The translations under genes were made by a program, and so were the position numbers. From Dehalococcoidales bacterium (GTDB lineage Bacteria > Chloroflexota > Dehalococcoidia > Dehalococcoidales > RBG-16-60-22): 64,000 nt of DNA. Below, piece after piece: positions 35,465 through 44,386 of the stretch; within the stretch, counting starts at the first letter, position 1; each line of letters starts with the position of its first letter. Where the stretch lies: assembly GCA_016930185.1 (NCBI GenBank), contig JAFGHK010000059.1, positions 9,251 through 73,250 on the forward strand. The letters run 5' to 3'. The notes under the pieces are model-generated. The model ran no database searches and had not been told where the DNA came from. It saw only the letters and a list, made by a program, of their open reading frames with translations.

Positions 35465-36487
35465 ATGGAAAAACGACGTAGCGTAGCTAAAATAGTTGGC
35501 GGTACTATCGTTATCGTATTTTTCATATATTTCTTGTTACTAATAGGATCTATGGTTCCAATAGCATTCTGGCTAGTATCGTTACTGATTGGTTTAATCA
35601 TATTATTATTAAACGTGGCTAACTGGAAAGGTGTAAGCTGGAATCTTGGTCCAAAGTCGCTGGTTATCATTAATTTTTCAATATCGGTATATCTGCTTGC
35701 ACTATATTTCTTCATCTTTGGCCTTGTATCAGGTTTACATTGGGTAGCTGTAACCTGGGGATTACCAATATTGATTGGAATCGTGTTCCTTATCATGGAC
35801 ACAATTTATCTGATAAGGAAAGAAGATATTAAAAGAGGCATGCGCGGCTTCAGTTTTGGTTTGGGAGCATACTCATATACCGCGGTAATGTTGATATTTT
35901 TTAGCCATCTCTTAATGACAATACCCCAAAATACTCCTAGTGAAACTGTAAATCAGGAAGGAAATAAAATACTTGAGCTTGTACTTAATGATTTGTACGG
36001 TAATGATTCGAGTTATGTAATGATTTCTCCTCAAACAACATTGGGTAATGGTGAATATGATAACGATTACCTCGAAAAAATGAAAGGAGAAATTATAGGA
36101 TCATTTACTATTTCTATGCATGGCAGTGTTTACTATATTGGAGATAGCCATACTTCCGTTTCAATTAGTAAAACAGCATTCCAGGAGTTGATAAACAGGT
36201 TTATTAAAGAAAATCGATCTCCGCATACATTATCTATTCCGTCATCCCTCGAAAAAGGCTACTATATCGATTATGATAAACGATATAGCTGGTATCCCTT
36301 CCCGGTATGGCATTTAACTCATCCTGTTAACGGACCGATAGTAGATGTATCGTCACCGGTCTATGATGAGAGATCCGGTTTAGTAATCATATATATTGGA
36401 ACCTATTATGATAACACTATATATTTTTTTAAATATAAAAATGGTGAAATAGAAATTCTTTATCATTTTAATTTATTGACTTCTTAA
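35465..36487 (+). CDS. orphan membrane protein (about 5 N-terminal TM plus ~190-aa Tyr/Asn/Ile-rich C-terminal domain) on an AT-rich patch
   Basis: Long ORF in a ~1.3-kb AT-rich segment. No motif I recognise. Confidence 0.6.
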   Translation: MEKRRSVAKIVGGTIVIVFFIYFLLLIGSMVPIAFWLVSLLIGLIILLLNVANWKGVSWNLGPKSLVIINFSISVYLLALYFFIFGLVSGLHWVAVTWGLPILIGIVFLIMDTIYLIRKEDIKRGMRGFSFGLGAYSYTAVMLIFFSHLLMTIPQNTPSETVNQEGNKILELVLNDLYGNDSSYVMISPQTTLGNGEYDNDYLEKMKGEIIGSFTISMHGSVYYIGDSHTSVSISKTAFQELINRFIKENRSPHTLSIPSSLEKGYYIDYDKRYSWYPFPVWHLTHPVNGPIVDVSSPVYDERSGLVIIYIGTYYDNTIYFFKYKNGEIEILYHFNLLTS

Positions 36488-36616
36488 TCATTTTTTAACT
36501 GAGTTGTAGCCAAAAATGTTTTATTTTTTTATTGGGATTTTGCGATATATCTTGATACAATAAATCCTTAACTGTAAAATGTAATTGTAGACTGTTGGCT
36601 TTTTTAGGAGATTAAC

Positions 36617-37816
36617 ATGAAGTATCGCAGGTTCGGCAAGCTCGATTGGAAGGTATCCGCCCTCGGATTCGGCGCCATGCGCCTGCCGGTTGTCGGCGGC
36701 GACCAGGCTAAAATCGACGAGCCGGAAGCCATTAAGATGATCCGCCACGCGGCGGATAACGGTGTCAACTATATCGACTCCGCCTATATGTACCATATGG
36801 GCCAGAGCGAGTTGGTGGTCGGCAAGGCGCTTAAGGACGGCTACCGACAGAAAATGAAGGTCGTCACCAAGCTCCCCGCCCGCATGATTGAAAAAGCCGA
36901 GGACTTCGACCGCATTCTCGGCGAGCAGCTTAAAAAACTTGATGTCGATAAGATTGATTTTTACCTCCTGCACGGACTTGATAAGGCCGGCTGGACTAAG
37001 GTGCGCGACTTCGATGTGCTTAACTGGGCGGAAAAGCAGATGGCTCAGGGAAAATTCGGCCGCCTGGGCTTTTCCTTCCACGATGAATATGCTGTCTTTA
37101 AGGAAATCATCGATTCTTATGATAACTGGGTGCTCGCGCAGGTGCAGTACAACTACATGGATGAGAACGAGCAGGCCAGCCGTAAAGGCGTTGAATACGC
37201 CGCCTCTAAAGATATTGCCGTCGTTGTCATGGAGCCCCTCCGCGGTGGCAAGCTGGCTAAAGAACCCCCGCCCGAGCCCGTCGCCAGGGTCTTAAAGGAA
37301 GCTAAACGCCAGATGAGGGGCGTGGAATGGGCTTTCAACTGGATCTGGAACCAGCCGGTAACTTCCCTTACCTTGAGCGGCATGAGCACCATGGAGCAGG
37401 TAGTGGAGAATCTCCAGTTCGCCGACCGTTTCGGCGGTCCAGGCACGCTCAAAGCCGACGACCTTGAAACTATAAAAAAAATTAAGGAAGCTTTTAAAAG
37501 TTTGAGCCCCATTCCCTGCACTGCCTGCCGCTACTGTGTGCCCTGTCCCAACAACGTGGATATACCCCGCGTTTTCCAGATTTATAACGACGCCGTCATG
37601 TACGACGATATGCAGCACGGCAAGTTCATGTATAATGGACCCTTCGGGATTGCGCAGGACCAGCGCGCCGACCAGTGCACACAGTGCGAAGAATGCCTGG
37701 AAAAGTGCCCCCAGGATATAAATATCCCGGAATGGCTTGAAAAAGCCCACGAGGCGCTTTATTCCGATGTGCCGGTGGGCCCTCCCGCCCCACCGCCCCC
37801 CAAGCCCAAGGAGTAG
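36617..37816 (+). CDS. aldo/keto reductase fused to a C-terminal 2x[4Fe-4S]-type ferredoxin segment
   Basis: AKR N-terminus MKYRRFGKLDWKVSALGFGAMRLP, and Cys motifs CTACRYCVPCP and CTQCEECLEKCP. Confidence 0.85.
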   Translation: MKYRRFGKLDWKVSALGFGAMRLPVVGGDQAKIDEPEAIKMIRHAADNGVNYIDSAYMYHMGQSELVVGKALKDGYRQKMKVVTKLPARMIEKAEDFDRILGEQLKKLDVDKIDFYLLHGLDKAGWTKVRDFDVLNWAEKQMAQGKFGRLGFSFHDEYAVFKEIIDSYDNWVLAQVQYNYMDENEQASRKGVEYAASKDIAVVVMEPLRGGKLAKEPPPEPVARVLKEAKRQMRGVEWAFNWIWNQPVTSLTLSGMSTMEQVVENLQFADRFGGPGTLKADDLETIKKIKEAFKSLSPIPCTACRYCVPCPNNVDIPRVFQIYNDAVMYDDMQHGKFMYNGPFGIAQDQRADQCTQCEECLEKCPQDINIPEWLEKAHEALYSDVPVGPPAPPPPKPKE

Positions 37817-37824
37817 TACACGAG

Positions 37825-37881
37825 TGTCATTCTGAGCGCAGCGAAGAATCTCGGGGTGGGGTTATGCTTCGTCTTAACCCC
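37825..37881. repeat. REP-like hairpin, family B copy 3 (variant)
   Basis: TGTCATTCTGAGCGCAGCGAAGAATCTC plus GGGGTGGGGTTATGCTTCGTCTTAACCCC (stem GGGGTTA/TAACCCC), 9 nt after the AKR stop. Confidence 0.75.
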
Positions 37882-37884
37882 TTG

Positions 37885-38520
37885 CTAATTTGCCTTGTCC
37901 CTTAACATCGCCCACGACGTTATTCCAGTCCCCGGTACTATACCCTCTTCAATTACCTTAAAACCAAAATGTTCGTATAACGCTACATTCTTCTCCGCCT
38001 GCGTCTCCAGGAAGCAGGGTAATTCCTCTTTATCAATTCTAGCGAATATAGGTTTCAATAGCTTACTGCTGAATCCCTGCCCTTGGTATTGGGGGTCGAC
38101 ACCTAGCATTTGCAGATACCAGTGCGGAAACGGCGCTGCTCGCTTACGCGCCGCCATAGCATACTTGCCAAAAGCCATCTGCCGCTTCGTAGACCTTATT
38201 CCCACGATTAAAGGTACGAAGAATCTCCCGCTGATGATGTTAGTCCACCATGCATCATGTCGACTCTTCTCGGAAAACCATACGGCTACACCCTCATACC
38301 TTGGCGATGTTGCATATACCTCGCCGTATTTCAGTCCGTGGTTTATCATCGACCGGTAAATCCTGGGAGATGTCTTCCTCCTTTTGTCTTCATTCTGCTC
38401 GAAATACACGGATAAAGGATAGTCATGAAACGCCCTCGCCAGCACCTCTGCCGCCCCTTTCATATCCGCTTTTGTTAGGCGTATTAGATTGTTTAAATCG
38501 TTCCTCACTTGTTGCCCCAT
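37885..38520 (-). CDS. GNAT family N-acetyltransferase
   Basis: VDPQYQGQGFSSKLLKP acetyl-CoA motif and C-terminal LYEHFGFKV. Confidence 0.75.
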   Translation of the reverse strand: MGQQVRNDLNNLIRLTKADMKGAAEVLARAFHDYPLSVYFEQNEDKRRKTSPRIYRSMINHGLKYGEVYATSPRYEGVAVWFSEKSRHDAWWTNIISGRFFVPLIVGIRSTKRQMAFGKYAMAARKRAAPFPHWYLQMLGVDPQYQGQGFSSKLLKPIFARIDKEELPCFLETQAEKNVALYEHFGFKVIEEGIVPGTGITSWAMLRDKAN

Positions 38521-38589
38521 CTGGCTTTAGAACCTCCCGATATGCTATAATTATTACCTGGAATAAGATTAATTTACAAGGACATCGCC

Positions 38590-38742
38590 ATGACGCCTAA
38601 AACAGCTAAGACTGATAAGACTGCTAAAACTGATAAACCGACCAAAGACCTCGAGACTTTTATCGAGAACGTCAATAAAAAAGACAAGGTAAACGGTCTT
38701 AAGATAACCTTCGGTTTCACCAAGCGTAAGAGGAAGCGTTAA
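38590..38742 (+). CDS. possible small Lys-rich protein (50 aa), below the ORF-track cutoff
   Basis: ATG at 38590 to TAA at 38740-38742 encodes MTPKTAKTDKTAKTDKPTKDLETFIENVNKKDKVNGLKITFGFTKRKRKR. An extended -10 TGcTATAAT lies at 38543-38551, and AAGGA lies 7 nt before the ATG. Confidence 0.35.
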   Translation: MTPKTAKTDKTAKTDKPTKDLETFIENVNKKDKVNGLKITFGFTKRKRKR

Positions 38743-38751
38743 CCGGGGTTT

Positions 38752-39759
38752 TTACTTCCTTCTACCTCCTTTTTCTTTTACAAACGGCTCTTCATCCGTG
38801 AAATCCGGGCGGTAGCTCTGGGTGGACGCCATGCCCTGCAGCCAGCCGTTTTCAATGCCTAGCCTCTCCGCTATGTCAACTACCTCCTGGTATTCCTGCG
38901 GTAATATCTTACGGTTCAACTCCTTGTATTTGTAGGCGCGGTGCGTCGGGTAATACTGTGACATGATGCTAACGGCCACGCGAGGGGAGACTTCTTCGAC
39001 CAGCCACCGCAGCGAGTCTTCACTGCCGGCGATTCCGTTCGGCAATATCAGGTGTCGTATAATCAGTCCCTTTTGCGCGATACCGTCCCTATCCATTATC
39101 AGGTCGCCTACCTGCCTCTGCATCTTTATAATCGCCGCCCGGGCATAATCTGCATAGTGTCTCACCCGCGAGTATTTCCTGCCTGATTCATTGGAAGCAT
39201 ACCTGATATCCGCCAGGTAGATGCTGATAATGCCGTCCAGCTCTTTCAAAGTCTTGACCGAGTCGTAGCTGCTGGTGTTATAGACCAGCGGCAGTCGCAA
39301 GCCCATCGGCACCGCCTCTACCAGCGCACGCACGATTTGCGGGACGAAGTGTGACGGTGTTACCAGGTTGATGTTGTGGCAGTGCAGTTCGTCCTGGAGA
39401 TAGAGCATCCGCTCCGCCAGCGCACGGGTGGAGACCTCATTTCCATTCTGTAATTCCGGCGACTGGCTTATCTGGTAGTTCTGACAATACACGCAGCGCA
39501 TATTACAGTTCCCGAAAAATATTGTCCCCGACCCCCAGCTGCCGGAGAGCGCCGGCTCCTCACCGTGGTGCGCGCAGTACGAGGATACGATCGGCAGCAG
39601 CCCCGAATTACATTTACCCAGCTTCCCGTCGAGTCGGTTTACGCCGCACTCCCGCGGGCAGATGTCGCATTCTGCAAGCCGTGCTTCCAGCGACCGGACA
39701 CGCCGTTCAAGTTCTCCGGAACGATAAAGAGAAATATATCCGGGTTCAAGAGCATTCAT
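38752..39759 (-). CDS. radical SAM protein, PflX-like (COG1313-type)
   Basis: CNMRCVYCQN radical SAM triad and an extra N-terminal Cys cluster CDICPRECG..KC. Confidence 0.8.
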   Translation of the reverse strand: MNALEPGYISLYRSGELERRVRSLEARLAECDICPRECGVNRLDGKLGKCNSGLLPIVSSYCAHHGEEPALSGSWGSGTIFFGNCNMRCVYCQNYQISQSPELQNGNEVSTRALAERMLYLQDELHCHNINLVTPSHFVPQIVRALVEAVPMGLRLPLVYNTSSYDSVKTLKELDGIISIYLADIRYASNESGRKYSRVRHYADYARAAIIKMQRQVGDLIMDRDGIAQKGLIIRHLILPNGIAGSEDSLRWLVEEVSPRVAVSIMSQYYPTHRAYKYKELNRKILPQEYQEVVDIAERLGIENGWLQGMASTQSYRPDFTDEEPFVKEKGGRRK

Positions 39760-40162
39760 TACTCTTTTTCCTTACTTCAAGATTCAGTCCGATTATCCGC
39801 AGGACTTCAACCTCCTCCCCTGTATTAACATCCCCCTCATTACACACGGCTTTCCAGTATTCGCCATTTATTTTGACCGTCCCCTTAGGACACAAGGATT
39901 CTGTCACCTCACCCGTCATCCCCAACATGCCTTCAGCGCCGGACGTTTTTCGCCGCATTATCGCCGGAATGAGCGCCCGATGCAGTATGAAGATTAAGGT
40001 CCCCAGCGCCAGCACCAGGACGATTATCACCGGTATTGATAGCTCAACATCGAAAATCCATAGTATGAGCGCAATTATCGCCAGTACGATGATATCGTCC
40101 AGCAGCGCCAGCAGGACGATAAACCAGGCCTTTGTTTTGGTCGTTGCATCTTTTTTATCCAT
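39746..40162 (-). CDS. NfeD-family membrane protein (short form)
   Basis: N-terminal TM helices plus a C-terminal OB-fold motif GMTGEVTESLCPKGTVKINGEYWKAV..GEEVEVLRIIGLNLEV. Confidence 0.8.
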   Translation of the reverse strand: MDKKDATTKTKAWFIVLLALLDDIIVLAIIALILWIFDVELSIPVIIVLVLALGTLIFILHRALIPAIMRRKTSGAEGMLGMTGEVTESLCPKGTVKINGEYWKAVCNEGDVNTGEEVEVLRIIGLNLEVRKKSNECS

Positions 40163-40164
40163 TT

Positions 40165-41025
40165 TTAAGTTATTCCCGCCCAGGGGAAGCGCATTAGCTG
40201 CCCCTTTTCCACCAGTTCATCCACTTTGTGACTTAGCGTCCACTTTTCAAGCACTTTTAGAATATGGTCGATATGGCGGTTGCGCTTTTCCCTGTCCTTC
40301 CACTTGGCTTCGGTCAGGTCTTCCGCCATGCCTTCGGATGCCAGCCATTCCACGAGCGTGTCCCAGTGCTGGTGAAGTGAAATCAATATATAGCCGTCCC
40401 GGCAGGGCAGGACATCGAAAGCGTCGTTCCAGTGCCGGCTGCCTTGCCTTTCAGCCACGACACCGCTGTAAAATTGCCTCGGCAGCACATGGTCGATTGT
40501 AGCCGCCACGCACTCTAATATAGAAATATCAATATGTTGCCCCTCGCCCGTAGCATGCCTTTGCCGTAGCGCCAGCAGTATGCCGTTGACTGCGAATAGC
40601 GACGCCGTATTATATGACTGCGCCCCGCATAACTTAAGGGGTTTCGCCGCCTCCCCCGTTACGGAAAGCCAGCCGCCCAGCGCCTGATTTATCAGGTCGG
40701 ACGACTTCAGGTCTCTATAAGGCCCGCTCTGCCCGAAGTGTGTGATGGAAACCATTATCAGGCGGGGGTTTATTTTTACCAGGTCTTGATAGCCCATCCC
40801 CAGCGACGCCAGATATCCCGGCTGAAATGTCTCGATAAGGACGTCCGCCTTTTTTGTCAGGCTGCGAAGTCGACTTTGTTCCTCTCTCTTTTCAAGATTA
40901 ATGCGAGTAACATCGGCGCCCATGCCGGAGAGAAGTTTGACGCACAATGAGCCCTTTTCATCGGTCAGGTCGAGAACACTGTAATCGGTGAGGGTAGCAT
41001 CTCGTGGCTTATTATACATTTTCAA
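40165..41025 (-). CDS. family III CoA-transferase-like protein, C-terminally short and apparently lacking the catalytic Asp
   Basis: VLDLTDEKGSLCVKLLSGMGADV and FGQSGPYRD match CaiB/BaiF-type N-terminal halves. It is only 286 aa. The position aligned to the catalytic Asp (SYADHVAG in the paralogue at 46192) reads AQSYNTAS. Confidence 0.65.
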   Translation of the reverse strand: MKMYNKPRDATLTDYSVLDLTDEKGSLCVKLLSGMGADVTRINLEKREEQSRLRSLTKKADVLIETFQPGYLASLGMGYQDLVKINPRLIMVSITHFGQSGPYRDLKSSDLINQALGGWLSVTGEAAKPLKLCGAQSYNTASLFAVNGILLALRQRHATGEGQHIDISILECVAATIDHVLPRQFYSGVVAERQGSRHWNDAFDVLPCRDGYILISLHQHWDTLVEWLASEGMAEDLTEAKWKDREKRNRHIDHILKVLEKWTLSHKVDELVEKGQLMRFPWAGIT

Positions 41026-41044
41026 AGCCTTTTAGCTAAAGGCA

Positions 41045-42736
41045 TTATTTCTGCTGCTTTTGTATCTTTGCCCAGGTATCCCGTAAAGTTACTGTCCGGT
41101 TGAATACCGGTTTTTCCGAGGAAGTGTCCGGGTCAACGCAGAAATAGCCTATTCTTTCAAACTGATAAAGGCTGCCGGGTGAAGCCTTGGCGAGAGAAGG
41201 TTCGACCCGACATGATTTCAATACCTCGAGGGAATCCGGATTAAGATAGTCCTTATAATCGGCACCTTCTTCCACGTCCAGAGGATTTTCCCTGTTGAAT
41301 AGCTTATCGTACAAACGCGCTTCGGCTTCGATAGCATGTGTAGCCGAGACCCAGTGCAGCGTGGATTGAACTCTCCGCCCGTCCGGAGCATCGCCGCCGC
41401 GCGTGGCCGGGTCGTAAGTACAATGGACCTCTATTATCTCTCCGGTTTTTTCGTCTTTTTTGACACCCACGCAGGTGACGAAATAGGCGTACCGCAATCT
41501 TACCTCGCGACCTGGTGTTAAACGGTAGTATTTCGGCGGCGGCACCTCGCGGAAATCATCCTGTTCTATATAGAGGACTTTTGAAAACGGCACTTTTCGC
41601 TTTCCGGCACCGGGGTCTTCGGGATTGTTCACCGCATCGAGCTCTTCCACCTGGTTTTCCGGGTAGTTGTCGATTACCAGACGCAGCGGGCGCAGCACAC
41701 CCATAACGCGCGGTGCCCGTTTGTTAAGGTCCTCACGTAGGCAATGCTCCAGGAAGGCGATGTCTATGGTGGTGTTGGCTCTGGAAACGCCGCTACTTTC
41801 GCAGTAAATCTTGATGGCTTCCGGCGTATAGCCGCGCCGGCGCATACCCGAGAGGGTCGGCATACGGGGGTCATCCCATCCACTCACTGTTCCCGCTTCC
41901 ACCAGTGGCCGGAGTACACGCTTACTCATCACGGTGTAGGTTAAACTGTATCTTCCAAACTCGATTTGCTGTGGATGATAGATTCCCAGTTCATCCAGAA
42001 ACCAGTCGTACAAAGGACGGTGGTCTTCAAATTCCAGCGAGCAGAGAGAATGGGTAATTCCTTCGATAGAATCCTCCAGACCATGCGCCCAGTCGTACAT
42101 CGGGTAGATGCACCATTTAGCGCCCGTATGGGGGTGCGTAGCGTGCAGGATGCGGTACATGACCGGGTCACGCATGTTCATGTTGGGTGAAGCCATATCG
42201 ATTTTCGCTCTAAGAACGTATGAGCCATCCGGGAACTCCCCGGCCTTCATGCGTGTAAATAAATCGAGGTTTTCTTCTATCGTACGGTCCCGGTAGGGGC
42301 TCGGTTTGCCCGGCTCGGTCAGGGTGCCGCGATATTCCCTGATTTCATCGGCAGATAACTTATCGACGTATGCTTTGCCCTTCTCGATAAGCTGCAAGGC
42401 ATATTCATACATTTGCTCGAAGTAGTCCGAGGCAAAATACAGGCGGTCTCCCCAGTCCCACCCCAGCCAGTGAATATCCTGCTTAATCGCATCTACATAT
42501 TTCTGTTCTTCCTTGGTGGGGTCGGTGTCATCGAATCTTAGATTGCACAGTCCGCCGAATTCCTCGGCGATGCTGAAGCTAATCCAGACGGCTTTGGCAT
42601 GCCCGATGTGCAGGTAGCCGTTAGGCTCCGGCGGAAACCGCGTGTGCACCCGTCCATCGAACTTGTTGGTCTTAAGGTCCTGGCGGACAATATCCCGTAT
42701 AAAATCGTCCGGTCGATTTGAATTAGTCGCGTTCAT
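41045..42736 (-). CDS. glnS: glutaminyl-tRNA synthetase
   Basis: [17 protein letters not shown] (HIGH) and VMSKR (KMSKS), with a C-terminal anticodon-binding beta-barrel length typical of GlnRS. Confidence 0.9.
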   Translation of the reverse strand: MNATNSNRPDDFIRDIVRQDLKTNKFDGRVHTRFPPEPNGYLHIGHAKAVWISFSIAEEFGGLCNLRFDDTDPTKEEQKYVDAIKQDIHWLGWDWGDRLYFASDYFEQMYEYALQLIEKGKAYVDKLSADEIREYRGTLTEPGKPSPYRDRTIEENLDLFTRMKAGEFPDGSYVLRAKIDMASPNMNMRDPVMYRILHATHPHTGAKWCIYPMYDWAHGLEDSIEGITHSLCSLEFEDHRPLYDWFLDELGIYHPQQIEFGRYSLTYTVMSKRVLRPLVEAGTVSGWDDPRMPTLSGMRRRGYTPEAIKIYCESSGVSRANTTIDIAFLEHCLREDLNKRAPRVMGVLRPLRLVIDNYPENQVEELDAVNNPEDPGAGKRKVPFSKVLYIEQDDFREVPPPKYYRLTPGREVRLRYAYFVTCVGVKKDEKTGEIIEVHCTYDPATRGGDAPDGRRVQSTLHWVSATHAIEAEARLYDKLFNRENPLDVEEGADYKDYLNPDSLEVLKSCRVEPSLAKASPGSLYQFERIGYFCVDPDTSSEKPVFNRTVTLRDTWAKIQKQQK

Positions 42737-42765
42737 ATTGTCCTCTTGTTACCTCACGTCCTATC

Positions 42766-44244
42766 TTACGAATCACGGTTATTACCAAGCCTTGATATCG
42801 CAGCCTTTATTCTCTTCATGCATCTTTCTTTACCCAGTACAGCCATTGTCTCAAAGAGCGGCGGCGTGGCGTCGCGGGCGGTGGTAGCTACCCGCAGTAC
42901 GTTAAAAAGCTGCCCCGCCTTAACCCCCAGTTTTTCAGCCAGACGCCTTAGTGTATTTTCCAGCTGGTCACAGTCGAAGCTATCCAGCGAGGATAATATT
43001 TCTTCGGCACTTTTTAAAGCTGTTAATGCGGTTTCCGCATTCGTTTTTTTATCTGTAAACTTAGAAGCGTCATGTTCCAGCTTATCTACGAAGAAGAATT
43101 CGGCATAGGCAGCCGCATCTTTCAGCGTATTTATCCGTTCCCGTATCAGCGGTACTATTTGCCTTACATAATTTACATCCAGGGGCCGCTTAACTTCTGG
43201 CGGTAAATACTTATCCAGAAAAGGAAGTAGCTTTTCCGATAAATCATCGATAGTTAAACCGCGGATATAGACGCCGTTCATCCAGTCGAGCTTTTCCATA
43301 TTGAAAAACGCCCCCGTTTTGCCCATCCTTTCAATAGAGAAGTTCTCCACAATCTGCTGGCGGGTCATAATCTCCGTTTTATCGTCCAGCGACCAGCCGA
43401 TAAGCGTGAGAAAATTGAACATCGTCTCCGGCAGGTAGCCCATATCTCTGAAATCCAGGAGGGCCACCGCGCCGTGCCGTTTGCTTAATTTAGCACGGTC
43501 AGCCCCCACGATTACCGGGTGGTGGACGTAAAGCGGAGGCTCATAGCCGAGCGCCTTATACATGAGGAGGTGGCGGGGCGCGCTTGATAACCAGCCCTCG
43601 TCACGGATGACATGGCTTATTTTCATCGTGTGGTCGTCAACGACACTGGCGAGGTGGTAAGTGGGATAGCCGTCCGATTTCAACATGACAAAGTCATCGA
43701 TAATGCTGTTTTCAAAAACTACATCCCCGTATATAAGGTCGTGAAAGCGGGTTTGCCCTTGCTCCGGTACCTTGAAACGCACCACTGGCTTGATTCCGGC
43801 CGCTTCTTTCGCCGCCCTTTCCTGCGGACTTAAGTTGCGGCAGAAACGGTCATAACCGGTCTGCAGTTTACGGGCTTCTTGCTCCTTGCGTAAAGCTTCG
43901 AGACGCTCCGGGGAGCAATAGCAATAATAGGCGTTGCCTTTTTCTACTAGTTTTTTAGCGGCTTTTTGGTATAGCTCTAGCCGCTGCGACTGAAAGTAAG
44001 GCCCGTAATCTCCGCCGACCTCCGGCCCTTCATCCCAGTCGAGTCCCAGCCACTTAAGGCTCTCCATGATAGCTTCAAGGGCGCCCTCCTTTTTCCGGGC
44101 GACATCGGTATCCTCGATGCGCAGAATGAACTTTCCGCCGGTATGCCTGGCGAAAATCCAGTCGTACATGGCGGTGCGGATATTACCCACATGGGGTTTA
44201 CCGGTGGGGCTGGGCGCAAAGCGTACTCTTACAGGTTCGGTCAC
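42766..44244 (-). CDS. gltX: glutamyl-tRNA synthetase
   Basis: RFAPSPTGKPHVGNIRTA (HIGH-type) and KLSKR motifs, about 490 aa. Confidence 0.93.
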   Translation of the reverse strand: MTEPVRVRFAPSPTGKPHVGNIRTAMYDWIFARHTGGKFILRIEDTDVARKKEGALEAIMESLKWLGLDWDEGPEVGGDYGPYFQSQRLELYQKAAKKLVEKGNAYYCYCSPERLEALRKEQEARKLQTGYDRFCRNLSPQERAAKEAAGIKPVVRFKVPEQGQTRFHDLIYGDVVFENSIIDDFVMLKSDGYPTYHLASVVDDHTMKISHVIRDEGWLSSAPRHLLMYKALGYEPPLYVHHPVIVGADRAKLSKRHGAVALLDFRDMGYLPETMFNFLTLIGWSLDDKTEIMTRQQIVENFSIERMGKTGAFFNMEKLDWMNGVYIRGLTIDDLSEKLLPFLDKYLPPEVKRPLDVNYVRQIVPLIRERINTLKDAAAYAEFFFVDKLEHDASKFTDKKTNAETALTALKSAEEILSSLDSFDCDQLENTLRRLAEKLGVKAGQLFNVLRVATTARDATPPLFETMAVLGKERCMKRIKAAISRLGNNRDS

Positions 44245-44386
44245 GGTTGGCCTTTCTTGTGATTTTATCCTTTCATTCTACCATCCCGAACGTGATAAAT
44301 TCTAGGAAACCAGCTTGAATTGTATTTTGCATTGATTTATCTTAAAATAACGGAACGTCAGGGAAAACCGCCATCGGAGGGTTCAA

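Noticed and set aside
39522-40502. 326-aa + strand ORF overlapping the radical SAM, NfeD and CoA-transferase-like genes
   Set aside because: All three minus-strand genes have recognisable family motifs. The + frame is Pro/Arg/Ser-rich, as is typical for antisense of GC-rich genes.
44245-44386. T-box leader for gltX or M-box riboswitch for corA in the divergent spacer
   Set aside because: The 142 nt shared by two divergent promoters is too short for either element, and I see no specifier/T-box or M-box core sequence.
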